Assembly (NCBI GenBank): GCA_965216875.1
Contig: OZ244207.1
Coordinates: forward strand, 8,128,001 to 8,192,000
Origin: Rubripirellula sp.
Lineage (GTDB): Bacteria > Planctomycetota > Planctomycetia > Pirellulales > Pirellulaceae
Reading direction: 5' to 3'
DNA: 64,000 nt
Shown here: piece by piece, positions 54,301 to 58,900 of the stretch
How positions within the stretch are numbered: position 1 is the stretch's first letter
Layout: every line of letters begins with the position of its first letter
Translations under genes and position numbers: made by a program
The notes under the pieces: model-generated
The model's input: only the letters and a program-made list of their open reading frames with translations
Databases searched by the model: none
What the model was told of the DNA's origin: nothing

Positions 54301-54882
54301 GAAGGTGAATCGGAACTTCAAACCCAATTCAAGCGGGATCTTTCCTGCTCGCGCGTCGACTTCCAGTGGCAGCTCGTTGTGGTTCCGACTCAAGTCGATT
54401 CCGACGTCTTCGGTGCGGCTCGCTTCCACGAGCAGGCTGAATGTGATCTGCTCAGAATCAACCGATGTCGAAGGCGATTCGGTCTTGAATTGAACCTTTG
54501 CTGAACGATCCAGGCCGTCGAGCTGTGAGACGAGTTCATTGGGCGTCCGCTCCCCCGAATCCTTGTTTGCCTCGAGGAATTTGACCGTCGGCTTGGTCAG
54601 ATAAGTCGAGATGATGCCACCAACATCAAGTGACGCGCCGATCGACGTATCCAGAAATGGGAGGTTTTGACTGAGCGCACCAAAATCATCCATGCTTTCT
54701 GAGTAGGTCGCGAACTGCTGAAGCCCCTCGATAAGGGCATCTCGCTGGGGCGACGTGAACGGATTGTCAGCATTGAGCAGGTTTCGTTTCTCAAGCGACT
54801 CAATCATTATCCGGCGGCGGTTCCGCCTATTTTGTCGGCGTGCTTTGCGGCCAGTCACGCGAGAAGGGGCCTGTTTGGGCAT
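30316..54882 (-). CDS. Giant (~8,190 aa) extracellular mosaic protein: LEPR-XLL-type leader, beta-module repeats, RTX Ca-binding repeats, FG-GAP, ELWxxDGT-like propeller, F-type lectin, LamG, GEVED, dockerin-like end
   Basis: One uninterrupted 24.6-kb ORF. Contains RRRIMIESLEKRNLLNA, many GGxGxD nonapeptides, GDFNGDG/GDLNNDG, RTDCCLDR, LDDLRIW...YYHFD, DYGDAP...GEVED and GDQDGNGMVD...DADNDG. Start placed at MPKQAPSR. Confidence 0.9.
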   Translation of the reverse strand: MPKQAPSRVTGRKARRQNRRNRRRIMIESLEKRNLLNADNPFTSPQRDALIEGLQQFATYSESMDDFGALSQNLPFLDTSIGASLDVGGIISTYLTKPTVKFLEANKDSGERTPNELVSQLDGLDRSAKVQFKTESPSTSVDSEQITFSLLVEASRTEDVGIDLSRNHNELPLEVDARAGKIPLELGLKFRFTFGLDLSGETVDESDFFIRFDLDTENADPELRDKQFGLQTTARLSQQVALTAEQDLNPDLFEVGKSTLLGLKVTWNQPGGGDNSEALIDVPVVRGSSSLLIDDIRSALGGALASNGLPPQAIDASIVDGKLRLRSEETGIVSIEIADRPSENVIATNFGFGDKATAVGPLGFEVDYGFFGLEVKGGRAELETTAIIRRDLGNVNAQGPTLTYSQLADAGGYESLLKVDYAADSGDGTFSAELPLNDARGILTLANAALSIVDVVQEEDPPSNPDTALFDTTAMQIQAKNLGAVPDFADLSPETIATFFVNLGTALHDVAPELDPEGGIPYVNVKTSDVIRFTDTLTDLARSLYETASVSIDVPKLVTLDNQGNEIVHEGVLKEDGAFVVTLENDDPVRVSISQDVTNESLSDLAEDLNASLEVAGIGATGTFRLTVTRNESNATTDAISVNATASQVQEAVESALIRLVGDAEGKDKIEVEGEPSGPFIVRFDESLGDMDTLQIVVDNPVIDATIITLDEGSSEQGEAQRISLSAPNWRVAAVVENSPSNAANLVLATTQPGEALTLAVTGLTLTAQSPPATQLSQTLLLNVQINDDAPVEVRLNESATADNLTIDALVDDVNQALANASLDAQLLAVANGALLEFSVIAPGVNSVTIAGAAPLGFDDGQETKNSAESLGIPIAGIESKAAFRAHNLQGLIDVVNEHAKVLSADSPFEAKVSYDDNLKTLFWNLKLGKEFAKEISLDFGTAFDIGDDEPLSVVGGADATFSAAAGIELKLGVELGELGAGFTLNGDTLLADLNAGRGVSTRIGMTGSMPASSDGKLNDNLALTLALNDERNIEVALSKADTEDNHDLDDLVRDLNKALLQPLRDAGFSSGISDEDGNESPAFEFSRTAVEVKHVQGEVRITLEEPLADPDSVVVFLDGQRLELGRDYNVVDGIAVVFDDTDGVTGKLRFEYASERLRLSAGQTLGDANKFVDAKPASGLDEHVLDQTNVDLESIDVKVGETQLRIGEDYKVDVNEQNQVKITFHQSGGINGDLRIEYELRRFRLNSLSISNASVLGFGDAQQSDRDDLLVTLRDGTHHRISLDGSTTVRDVMDKFDAIDGLKATINVEDKSLRIHDSSDPTPSGVFKIEPVGDGIDVSPVAAALGILATLDGTFKLTYEPGVAQIPRTTAGLSVNATAMDLRAELDSIVGAGNIESVVGDVGGPFTVTFASGLGNVRPLSANFSNSRIKATTVTETEGGTGINGVVSEVQVITLSTDRIDGTPLHGETRLDRFFIDASPGASAISAKSKVESDDIDLAAAISIFEIGLVDGELDFEVAAAINLSDPGVGAQNDGKIRLRELNRSSLRRLVTPEFTFRGSGTLPIESSLLDVLPASTAQPVIAFSLTESDTGSRSKVEFDASSFKEFTENLGNFSLADMVTVLRNLVDLLQDSDLTGLNSDVPILNKTPNEILDFTDSILKVADDILAGPDLPELRRATDLLEDAIHRLQAPEDVKSTLRSTMNELRSVIGVDLTPGENQTFRLKFTDESGSESRELTSSAIGIMASAAEVTTALQSKLGTFKLPDGSDANVVTSVTGADGGPFTITFHPQKDDLLPLSGLSSKGVEVTVKTQTHGDKTKGTSEVQIVTLASTTMKHSFAIGFAGQTDVISQDATAEEVQAALEAAIGPGKIKSVVRENANELITFTVTFQSNLGDVETIKTSSPNRLQVTVTTTTEGIPPSENDDDDTGTPEVQTLTFEPLSPERSFVIEIPASKTVSIPFNASVSDVRIALDEAFGTFTTSDQTERTVVESVTGDRGGPFEIIFDSDAPAMEALSGTSETGLDVIVRKESDRVQTVRLSTEKILTGISGSIGRMISPLIEKTTTDEATIEDVSEPFEVTLSGTPIKTDSQRLRNVQEMSLSAVAADSAKVRIFVDGTELTSGFEYVPEYTLQFADKQTGQLEIIYQVEGNPHTETTSDAKKLSELKLEQRPDDDATFTVTLDGEPLKLTDYRFVATQKVSFTDPQTGLIQAQYPTLDSAVLKLKQNGEAIEPGDVNVTADSEGVKVTFNAEKTGNLQIEYAVESGLPTGYAGMVSVYSAFDRLITSGGNLGDKLGCLFKAALGFEDDDPTFDLKLSYVDADDERPGFQPAVLVGVQFEKVISEDLPFDFAPPDLGPFTVGAAGDVTVIAGADLSFGFGFNFSDLTPYVLATDRFPTELELQLGADSDLEITAGILGISASLQGPVRLGQAERDVFRGNGGTDFTLSTVVDSVVSVTVDGRAVPANTYKITEGDKISFGDAPADEAVIHVNYLAASPKQVDVFAADGLKKKYTLSRIPATFETEDSDFAEVFVNGSKQNKSDYRILVASEGEVEAADLDHCPEPACLELESFPNAGDEILVRYAVPSETEQTIFGDGQRVTFFLDEVPSEIVSVTRDDEQVPRSEYELNGKTITFNKAPVAAHPVIVTYEPFASATLTVGIDRNLTPADNNTIGQEPLNAGVAIPFNQLRQQVTQITDRLSSVRTERHTIDGNASNQEITLTGIPADADLVEVFVKRRKLGFLRNTKLEPTRFVVEIGETSEPTTIAFAEPIGQDEVSIKFATQVQEFELSRIPTDESSVAVEINGIAQEQGVAFDIIAPSDESEKPWMIQFIGPAFSQPAGDIKVTYPAIAKIEAVVDTSSGNITQTKRGARVSTIILDRVPEGDVVVRHDLDGDGTAEEIEHVVEIIPEGESDAGKHRVKITQTDTNNQVVKINGKIEIEYSSLVQEVELSHVPAALAGLSDDDTPTTTPADHGVTIRVDGIERNTDVELVRYDEEDGEASWKITFPESKPTGKVSVEYDGVAKLVDKFDLDINAIATAELAIPAIPALPPLTVSVDVAHPSTLRIEHPFTTENLKDLFKFDLRSLIDGLNAMLDKIGEHIESKEGIGQLPVIDKNARIGDRTFVGDIRRDFVDPLDRLLASGSAATEELQLKIQQLIFNNLGPGIPEIQVVSQLGPTIEVDQRVPVGTRLRLDDEDVLVVAARQIGEARFELTLENSLVASHRLNPRVGRKDPLVLLEAVNAGSTEILVSQNVSVGTALRLADTETVRVIGVDDEGDQFRLSLSLPIQNAFTASTSVDERLQLYSSVEAGAKALQVNQSVTIPDGGELSLILDEGNPTEESIIVTGVDEQDGIFVLTLLAPLAKDHFFAPTISDPEGTSALELLYDIQQRPDSLEVDQEVSVGVELILDEGGESEETIRVTKVDQTPSGYKLSLAGGLSNDHAAPTVRIADAIRTQLDGAAVPAEQTIVVGPYADSTNVFNTGAIISINQDPEFFEVMGVEDLGNGLFELRLSEPLARGYAEGSTVTDGFATTLLFDPATPVVQTIDVEGDIPSGATIVIGTGEKLESLTVVSADGSTLSLERPLLHQHDDETSVIVRNGHDSSGNAGLNILSLDPLESLDVDGKQSLSFLDVPVNLDLNTLSLDALLHIDKTYSLAADFDVGLDALVFDIETSGGVEVDVSVEAFLGFGVSVEDGFYFQLLHDDPAVDDDGREIQLEVDARLAPGTELTVDLFGLKLNATNHQDKAGPYPIDTSIDSDAGGSGLAALLQEDDAFGVNTVDSTKEIDDGTGNGFLITLNKRLGDVPPLEVTFIRTDANNVVTETTTTATIVQEGNNDGFDQSQWTSEVQRVIFPPAEENVTYTYSLTLSKENTGVRAAAFVDIADLEADTESPGKLTFSEFRADGKSFRDFLSFGIEAQANVDLDLTANVNPSFPELTTRFVVGWGFCNTFDENDPTCELDLNNDGDTGDEGETLQSGEFSKPSVAFNDLTLDIGQFLTKVAKPVLDGVDKYIGPMKPLLEFLNQEVPGLSAIAKLAGEAPITNLQLGILASAGSDPAKLQKALRQSRRAQKVLDLLIKITEFSADIEDLGDSNLKIEFGDYPIGQDQDLSDANAKVTATSEDRVDFDAVLAQLGSKPDDDDATKEKKSKTRSALQKMKDGALSGGLGIKLPILSDPQSIIKLLTGQAVDADLVQWDIPRLELEVPFEQKFGPVVPAVPLFVTFGINLQTFLDLSIGFDTSGIASDNFADGFYFGDRQDVDEGDDVDEFGFGFEAFIGAELDLLIASAGVEGGIRGDIGFNWNDPDGDGKVYLDELERTFNLPTHPATSQGACVFDISGGLDAFLRLVYETPFFDGEVPIVEEEIFSFSHTCGAGLAHVTDGEDGFADGTLVLHAGQFAGQRQAGGSEDIAEDFLLEEIADGVIRVTAFEFEEVHSGVKQILFHGGEGDDKILLASDTTVPVSIPATLIGGPGADTLGGGIGNDTYVFGDDWGIDTIVERVDGGHDTLNFASATQAVNASVTNAGVTAQDAFGDLVLAGNVEGFVGGISSDTLHVSKESGDGTNQWSVDGLNRGRVDDFGFEFSGVENLLGSNQVDVFVLSNDAGVSSSIDGLGGFDTIHYAYASDNPVTVDRDNKAGTNVSRYRNIEQFIGGSSGDDLLIGESADAVWYLTGDDQGHVDDPATFRFEGFENLTGGNEADHFMLEPGSAISGLADGGSGSDTLDLTGLRESLTFVLDADNAGQVSSTRLLSTFTNMESLSGGAKDDAFRFENGVQLTGTLDGHGGGRDVVDYAPWTTGVTVNLQDGIRSNGHGIVNVEQLLGGLGNDVLTGNDSNNLLVGRHGNDELYGGAGNDILWGGMQLLSVDELDLDDRTNFVDPPNFAEAVHSQFGYFPNTPASFGGRSSDGTIGDGQDKLDGGNDDDFLFGGGDDDELNGGSGVDYVDGGVGNDVINGGAGDDLVRGGANDDEIHGGDGIDQVYGDAGRDMLYGDAGNAADGSLLGQRLWGGDGIDFLHAFAPSNDVADEQAEIGDELHGGSGGDWLYGNLRAEILVGNGGNDFLAGDWLAGPGYARNTRANLDGGADDLRGGSGEDQLFGGGGDDTLRGGADSDWLEGQNHNDQLIGGAGIDIMVLDVDPSYEPAANESFDGHGDELDEGPDDNATDIMLIEGTTDHDLIRLLKSDQSVDLLRAEYSSNAEGASGTEGTNGPTRAIEARWRDATGPLVEQFRVSGLLGNDTLEFVRGDKALDLSELVDRSNDFIGVLDGGPGNDTLIGSAGRDRLDGGRGSDTLYGLQGDDRLWGDSGRGLGSAGDLDVLFAGGGNDDLIGGQGRNELYAWSFHPQGTFATSLPHLADDPPTQFGVFFDPTTGQWSDHSDGTLELEDTGLNRMLGNDEDDLLFGGTRLDFLYGRGGNDTLFRADGTDLESVDGGLAGDEWKQYARETDKVWYVGGTNVDDVITVDFVTEPGLLTNHHLVTRLTNNDGNFSFAAQLQLDFDAIDRDGNPIWNSADIAFAIGLTGLESVAATGQLSEDAIFSLRIDDSETEVTIPFAEAADNTNVDDLLTDLVAALTAAGISDQVEARIDNGAISLLRIRDSNGNGGASTLEVTSANSVASDELHLEVGQTGVPRPVPVPELSRLLPVEDDFLAILIDGLDGNDQITVGPTVQKTVWIDAGAGDDRVEITGGNSILIDQAEYGSRNDSPAQAFVLPTLDPNESRLLSGLTLDSPDDVDWFQFEISTPLDNLITSSISPDDGLIAEVFELDGVTNVALAALDVGRPFLLRVQSDSIPTIYDITFNLTDGVAPKEVDLAQRVDLNRRDVILGGAGNDILSGGMGEDWIFGGPDNDVLTGGRDRQAPDLLFGEGGDDTFQLITDALPLLKNPDETFVPSFSDRFDGGFEDEIQGDRVLFLGGDFDRNGIPVPDFAALRYNRLLHRYEFTNLVWDINGQGFISADDAVPATLVASADLGDPNLGDDAMFLLSIDGGDEVPVTVRHKGGDGGTFDNRDIRDLVADMNAALDNAGLSGTVSAGFDGQRLTFQTIAAGASHTLTFSSPNEAAEQLGFGNGIDPQPLTVTGTDNVFEQQYLLYTTIDVERTVIDTRAGDDIFRGDSEYKFPGQSSEWGIDPGDFQQRALIAALDIRGGDGRDVLFGGALADTIDGGPDADLINGGQEDDLVYGGAGGDTLAGNETAVRAKGDGSGAEIGVDNARPFRAGDTIQVSAHTAIISAVDYRSNTLTLHNPIAWADQDEVRRKTPISNPGDRSALLPFTFDLAAPFIAPSTDSSREGINLSTITQAELDDSFASKVFALEGSDTNQQLGAMRSIGDFNGDGHNDFIARGQSHSYLLFGPLSLDRVDDILAHANIVIEHAALGLPANRLGDLNGDGLADLVFMKPSTPQDGVEVPLTEIRVVFGGVDNWPRQWGQSFLEGINIDRTLRLNDVQLNPSDPQVSVLNYYGDVSAEGLPHSDLLISSSSNDRTLLGSFQESVLTNPLGAYAQAGEQIFNFSDSSVHRLGDHSNIRIESADDNNGVDKFVGFTSLDGTLYFGAKVDGVMFEQPLWTVDPGSANARPLRGLTANALQASLNSLLDGSGTWQIDSAPLDVTGNGDSLYTILRVVGNAANGGRLDPYVLLEYQLTPGNVEHDGIPTALIDLGNNPDAIRMQNVGEGILLSGTELVENEHVTAFWLYTPSAGVNGVEKFISNSTDVPDDAVAIDGSVYFGFDDGNQTGKELYRLAPSHPSPQLVADIFPVEDFGSSPRDLTVANGVLYFTAVSSTQGRTLWSFDPVSEQLSEAPFVGNPSNLVAFRDELYFTAASQNAEFSVWRFDGSTATLVAEHVDPGLPMLTDQDILMVPRTQTSGWPGFWIYEPETFGYIVPGSLLSDTATPRRADHSTDISAIQRKTLSLESELSSRLSVSVPGDLNGDGLDEIGAVFGVGEAAIAQVTGTERMELVPGDTVAFNITLNGVSQNIQIAVKSESRFDFLTAVQGQLLTIHGGELAASSSSGKLRFSTTTLKGPAVTLQVADEPTGASVTGFRIPQLASGGVDLDRHAFAVFAGTTSEQVKTIEISQRQNKHLSIAEVQAFELGTNSNVALNGSASATSVWDGPFGLATASRAIDGNTDGNHVNGSVFHSGAAGVGETLTITLDNPTILSEIRIFGRTDCCLDRDDALTVTMRDANGNVVSDPIDFGLDETFVERIELPTHSVGAIIPTPLRDASDDFQIQVVGDLNNDGYAEIAWTDDTGLHVYQGGSTITTELNALLHVSTTTDRLSATSGDFNDDGETDLALTSWDAMATHLFWSVGTSDAVVHLTLAEADLIIPVAGLTTSGPESSAPGIDLNGDRIDDLIVNAPNATGGIDRIKQAAGRAYVIYGAPQRISLPPESQVTDLTNRTVTGSGDFLVDIGNGQPFVFRESNRKLALQFNSDGGFDDSLMLPSEVLDNREELTIEFSLGLAPGTDIHTIISGASGPLNNFSLVVQPDSDRPNARLLDPRFGSRDWTLPLTVIDGLPHHYALVRGESDEPMLYVDGVATELHSSQPSSNADPTFQIDEVVVGQQGSGLFPLRGVLDDLRIWHEARTEDQIRASVGQPPAGDEPLLAAYYHFDGPQDEQLRDATPNAFHATIRHAAPTAVVVPQPWYRFTTLGDGQEGNKITVVGGAAELFDDLGQRLSPPSRVIDLRRWPAGTFLIKVTPDDPMRPFGIEILPPLAGFSHAASDRDELRGGDGDDRITGSEDLDRLFGESGLDEFTAEQVEIRDFDFGRELRMDADQSEHSTIQPSPPIDPVVYRAGVVPANGDASNAAIALEIAVTDGHTVGTQVIHETIYQSDLVRLAQQFSDYGDAPASYPVTADQGGAVHGAIGPRLGDSRDTEVDGQPSNDALQDDIEGADVGNEDGVMFGPLTDSDSLAAVNINLQNAANAKVDAWLDFNGDGDWDDIGEKILDNVPVIAGWQTLNFTVTDAVVTGNTFARVRISNEGGLSVGGMAISGEVEDVLVTISPGPPVVDQVIINDGDPQRSGIKSVRVEFNRIVDIGSDAFLFRRIGSSDGVVPIPVIDNSSGISVVDITFLPGGSVNLGGGLLDGDYELRIDASKISSFSLALDGNADGVAGDDHLFGAVDGFYRKYGDQDGNGMVDLYDFAAFRHAFGSNEMDPRYVEGLDADNDGMIGPDDFTFFRLNLGK

Positions 54883-54948
54883 ATCAAAACGCTGCAATGA
54901 GAGAGGTGCATTACGAGTGTTTCGCGGCGAAACGCCCGTCACGAAGTT

Positions 54949-54985
54949 ACGCACGAAGCCGACAACAACAGGGAGGCGAATTTTT
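54949..54985 (-). promoter_or_regulatory. Candidate ECF promoter of the giant gene
   Basis: Minus strand AAAAATTCG-CCTCCC-N14-TCGTGCGT, 66 nt upstream of the ATG, with the same boxes and spacing as 55784-55811. Confidence 0.65.
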
Positions 54986-55102
54986 CAGAAAAGACGCCGC
55001 GAGACTGTCGTCTGGCTGTTTCTCAATCGACGAGCTAGGAAATGCCGAAACCAGCAATCCTCAGCTATGATTGTGCGGGGGACTCCCTTTGGCTTTGATT
55101 CG

Positions 55103-55699
55103 ATGCACGACGACAACAACTCCGATACGACTCAAATCTTGTTAGAGCTCTGTAATCGTCAACCCGATGCCGCCGAACGGTTGATGCCAGTGGTCTACGA
55201 CGAACTCAAGGGGTTGGCGGTTGCCGCGATGCGGCGCGAACGCCCCGATCACACACTTCAGCCAACCGCTCTGGTCAATGAGGCTTTTCTGAGACTGATT
55301 GATCAGGAAAGAGTCAAATGGCGCGGCCGAGCGCACTTCTGTGCCATCGCAGCCACCATGATGCGACGCATCCTGGTCAACCACGCTCGAAATCGCGTGG
55401 CCATGAAACGCGGTAACGGAATCAGCCGAATTCCGCTACACGATGAACTCGTTGCTGTCGACTCCGCCAGCGAAGTCGATGTGCTCGATTTTGATCAACT
55501 GCTAACTGAATTGGCCGAACTGAATCCGCGGCATGCCAATGTGATTGAGCTCCGGTTCTTTACCGGGCTAAGCATCGCCGAGACTGCAGAAGTGTTGGAC
55601 GTTTCCGAGTGGACGATCAAGAACGACTGGCGAGTGGCCCGAGTATGGTTGTTGATGAAACTGAACTCCGAGTCAAAAGCCGAGAATTTGCATCGATGA
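55103..55699 (+). CDS. ECF sigma factor, kinase-associated TIGR02999 / ECF43-like
   Basis: TQILL, LMPVVYDEL, HTLQPTALVNEAFLRL, AHFCAIAATMMRRILV, ELRFFTGLS and DWRVARVWL. Confidence 0.9.
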   Translation: MHDDNNSDTTQILLELCNRQPDAAERLMPVVYDELKGLAVAAMRRERPDHTLQPTALVNEAFLRLIDQERVKWRGRAHFCAIAATMMRRILVNHARNRVAMKRGNGISRIPLHDELVAVDSASEVDVLDFDQLLTELAELNPRHANVIELRFFTGLSIAETAEVLDVSEWTIKNDWRVARVWLLMKLNSESKAENLHR

Positions 55700-55775
55700 T
55701 CGCCAGATTCTCTCAATCTAGATGGGTTAGGAATCGGATTCGCTTGACACTTTCGCGACAATCAACGCGAGACAC

Positions 55776-55811
55776 AAATTCTACCTCCCACTTTCGAACT
55801 CACTCGTGCGT
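55776..55811 (+). promoter_or_regulatory. Candidate ECF promoter of the kinase gene
   Basis: AAATTCTA-CCTCCC-N14-TCGTGCGT, 96 nt upstream of the kinase ATG. Confidence 0.65.
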
Positions 55812-55907
55812 TATGTGCGGTGGATAGCGTGCAACGTTCAGTCATGTCTCACAATTGCCAGCTTGCATTGACTGACGGCCGGGTAAACAAGCGAACGGGG
55901 GTGACGG

Positions 55908-58900
55908 ATGTCAACTGCTGATGCCGAATTCTATCGACGCGCTTCTGAGATCTTTTTGAAGGCATGCGACCTTGATCCGGATCAGCGTCAAGCATTGATG
56001 AGGCACGAATGTGCCGACGACCAGATGCTGGAGTATGTGCAGTCAATGATCGAGCAAGACGCACAATTGAGCAGCATCCCGACCGAGACAGTCCCGAGTA
56101 TCAAACAGGGCGACATCGCTACGGGGTGGGAAGGCGAGAATGACACGCTTGGCATCGAGCCGGCGGAGGCGTTTCACGCGAGTGCTACGTCAAGAAACGG
56201 AAGTTCGCTGGCCGACTACGACAACCTGAAGGAAATCGCCCATGGTGGGATGGGCGTCATTTACCGAGCCCATCAACGCAGCTTGAACCGGGACGTGGCG
56301 ATCAAGATGATCCGCGTCCGTTCTCATCTTTCGGCGTCGGATCTGGAGCGATTTCAGCTCGAAGCCGAGGCAACCGCCAAGCTCAATCACCCAAATATCG
56401 TTCCCATCTACGAAATCGGTGGACATGAAGGGCAGCCGTTCTTTTCAATGAAGTTGATTGAGGGTGGCAACCTTTCGAATTGGCTGAAGCAAGAACACGA
56501 TCTTCCATCCAAGGTATTGCTGCTGATCAAGACCGCCTTGGCGGTTCACTATGCCCATCAAAACGGTGTGCTTCATCGTGACATCAAGCCAGCAAACATT
56601 CTGATCGATTCCTCGGGTGAACCTCACATCAGTGACTTTGGATTAGCGAAACAACTGGATGGAGACGTCGAGCTTACCATCACCGGCCAAATCATGGGGA
56701 CGCCGGGGTATCTCTCCCCCGAACAAGCTCGCGGACAAAACTCGACGATTACCACCGCGTCGGACATCTATAGCCTTGGCGCAGTGCTCTACGAGATTTT
56801 GATCGGCCAACCGCCGTTCAAGTCAGATTCAATGATCGAAACGATCCGCAAGATCGTTGACGAAGCACCGCAGCGACCGTCGCAATTGAACCCAAGCGTC
56901 GACCTTGACCTGGAAACCATTTGCCTACGTTGCCTGGAGAAATCACCGACGGACCGGTACGCGTCGGCGGAAGCACTCGCATCCGAGTTGCAGCGATGGA
57001 TGCGAAATGAGCCGATCCTCTCGCGACCGATTACCGGCAGCGAACGCCTACTCAAATGGGCTCGCCGAAAACCCGCGCTCGCAACGCTCTCATCGGCAAT
57101 GTTACTTACCTTCGTTGTTGCTGGGTTTGCCGTCATCTGGAAATGGCGCGACGCCGAGTATCAGCGTGGGGAAGTTGTCATCCAACGGCAGCAAACCCGC
57201 AAGTACCTGTACATCGCGCACATGAACATCGTCCAGCAGGCCTGGGAAAACGGGATGGTGCACGAGGTACGACGTCTGCTTGATCGACACCTTCCGGTCG
57301 AAGATGAAGAAGACATCCGCACATTCGAATGGCATTTTTACGATCGGCTAAGCCGAGATGTGCTGAACCGAGCCAGCATGGACTATGGCGACATTGTCAC
57401 ATTCGTGGAAGCGTCGCCAAACGGTGATGAAATCGCAGCAACGGGCAACGACCACAGAATTCAGATATGGGACAAACAGTCCGCCAAACGCAAGTACACA
57501 CTGACGCCAGGACTTGGCCGAATCGAACGCCTGCACTATTCGCCCGATGGGAAAACCCTTGTCGGAGTTGGCCACCGGAGTTTTCGAGTTTGGAGAAAGT
57601 CCGGAGGCAAATTAAACGACGCGTTTACCGGTGCGACAGAGGATCGGTTTCTTACCAAGCTATCTCACGACGGCCGGTGGATTGCCGCCCCGATCAGGGG
57701 AAACAGCATTCAAATTTGGAACACTGCGGATCCCTCCGACACGCACATCGTTCCAGTCGGCGGCGGTGGCGTGATCGAGCTGCAATTCTTGCACGACAAC
57801 ATCCATTTCATTTCAGCGAGCCAGGACGGAGCGATCAAAATCTGGAACGTTGAATCCGCGACTGCCGTTGCCGAAATTCACGTCAGCGAGTTGCCGTCGA
57901 GTAAAGGAAATTTGAGGTCGCTTGCGATTTCAAGCAATGACAAGAGCATTGCGATTGCCGCTGATAACGCGATCAGCCTTTACCAACTCTCTCCTGATTT
58001 TGAGTGGACTTTGACCCGCGAGATTGGCCGACTCGCGAATACGATTGAGTCTCTCATACCTGTCGGCGATGGCGGGGTTTTCGCCGTGGTCGCCGGCGAA
58101 GCCACCACGCTTTGGGAATTCGAAACGGGAAAGCAATGCGGGACAATAGGCGATCCGACCCAATTTTCAGCTTGGTTCGATTCCTCGGCCAAGAGCAATC
58201 AATTTGCCACAATTGGCAGTGGCAATGCGGCGCATATCTGGGATCCCACGACGGGGAATTCGGTTGGAAAGATTCAAGGTCACAGTAACGCCGTCTACGC
58301 GATGGACTTTGTTGATGATGGATCCATCGTCACCGGAAGCCGGGACCATACGATCCGAGTCTCCAACGCGAACAGCGGAGAAATTGCTTCGACCTTCCGC
58401 GGCCATGAAGGCTGGATTTGGTCCGTCAACTATTCGATGGACGGGCAATTGATCGCATCGGGCAGCGTCGATGGAAAGGTAAAGGTTTGGGACCTGAGTT
58501 CTGGCACCGAATCATGGGAGGTAGAAGCAAGCTCTCGAAGCATTCAGTTCGTCATCTTTTCGCCTGACAATCGCACGCTCGCGGCAGCGGGGCGAGACAA
58601 GATCATTCGTTTGATTGACATCGAATCGCGAAACGTGATCGGCTCACTTGAGGATCACCATGCAGATGTCAACTCGCTTAGTTTTTCTTCCGACGGTCGC
58701 TACCTTGCCTCGGGAAGCAATGATCGATCCGTGATCGTCTGGGACGTCGCCAACCAGTCGGTCAAACATCGACTTGACGATTGTGGCGGAGACGTTTGGG
58801 CCGTCGCTTTCGCGCCGGACGATCAAAGCATCGCTTTCGGCGGTCGCAATAAGCAGATTCAAATTTGGGATCTTTCGAAAGTCGAATCGGTGCCTGATGC

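Noticed and set aside
54755..55102. N-terminal extension of the ECF ORF (314 aa in the track)
   Set aside because: It overlaps the giant gene start and its candidate promoter; sigma similarity begins at ATG 55103.
55744..55749. TTGACA upstream of the kinase as a sigma70 -35 box
   Set aside because: No -10 hexamer at 16-18 bp spacing.
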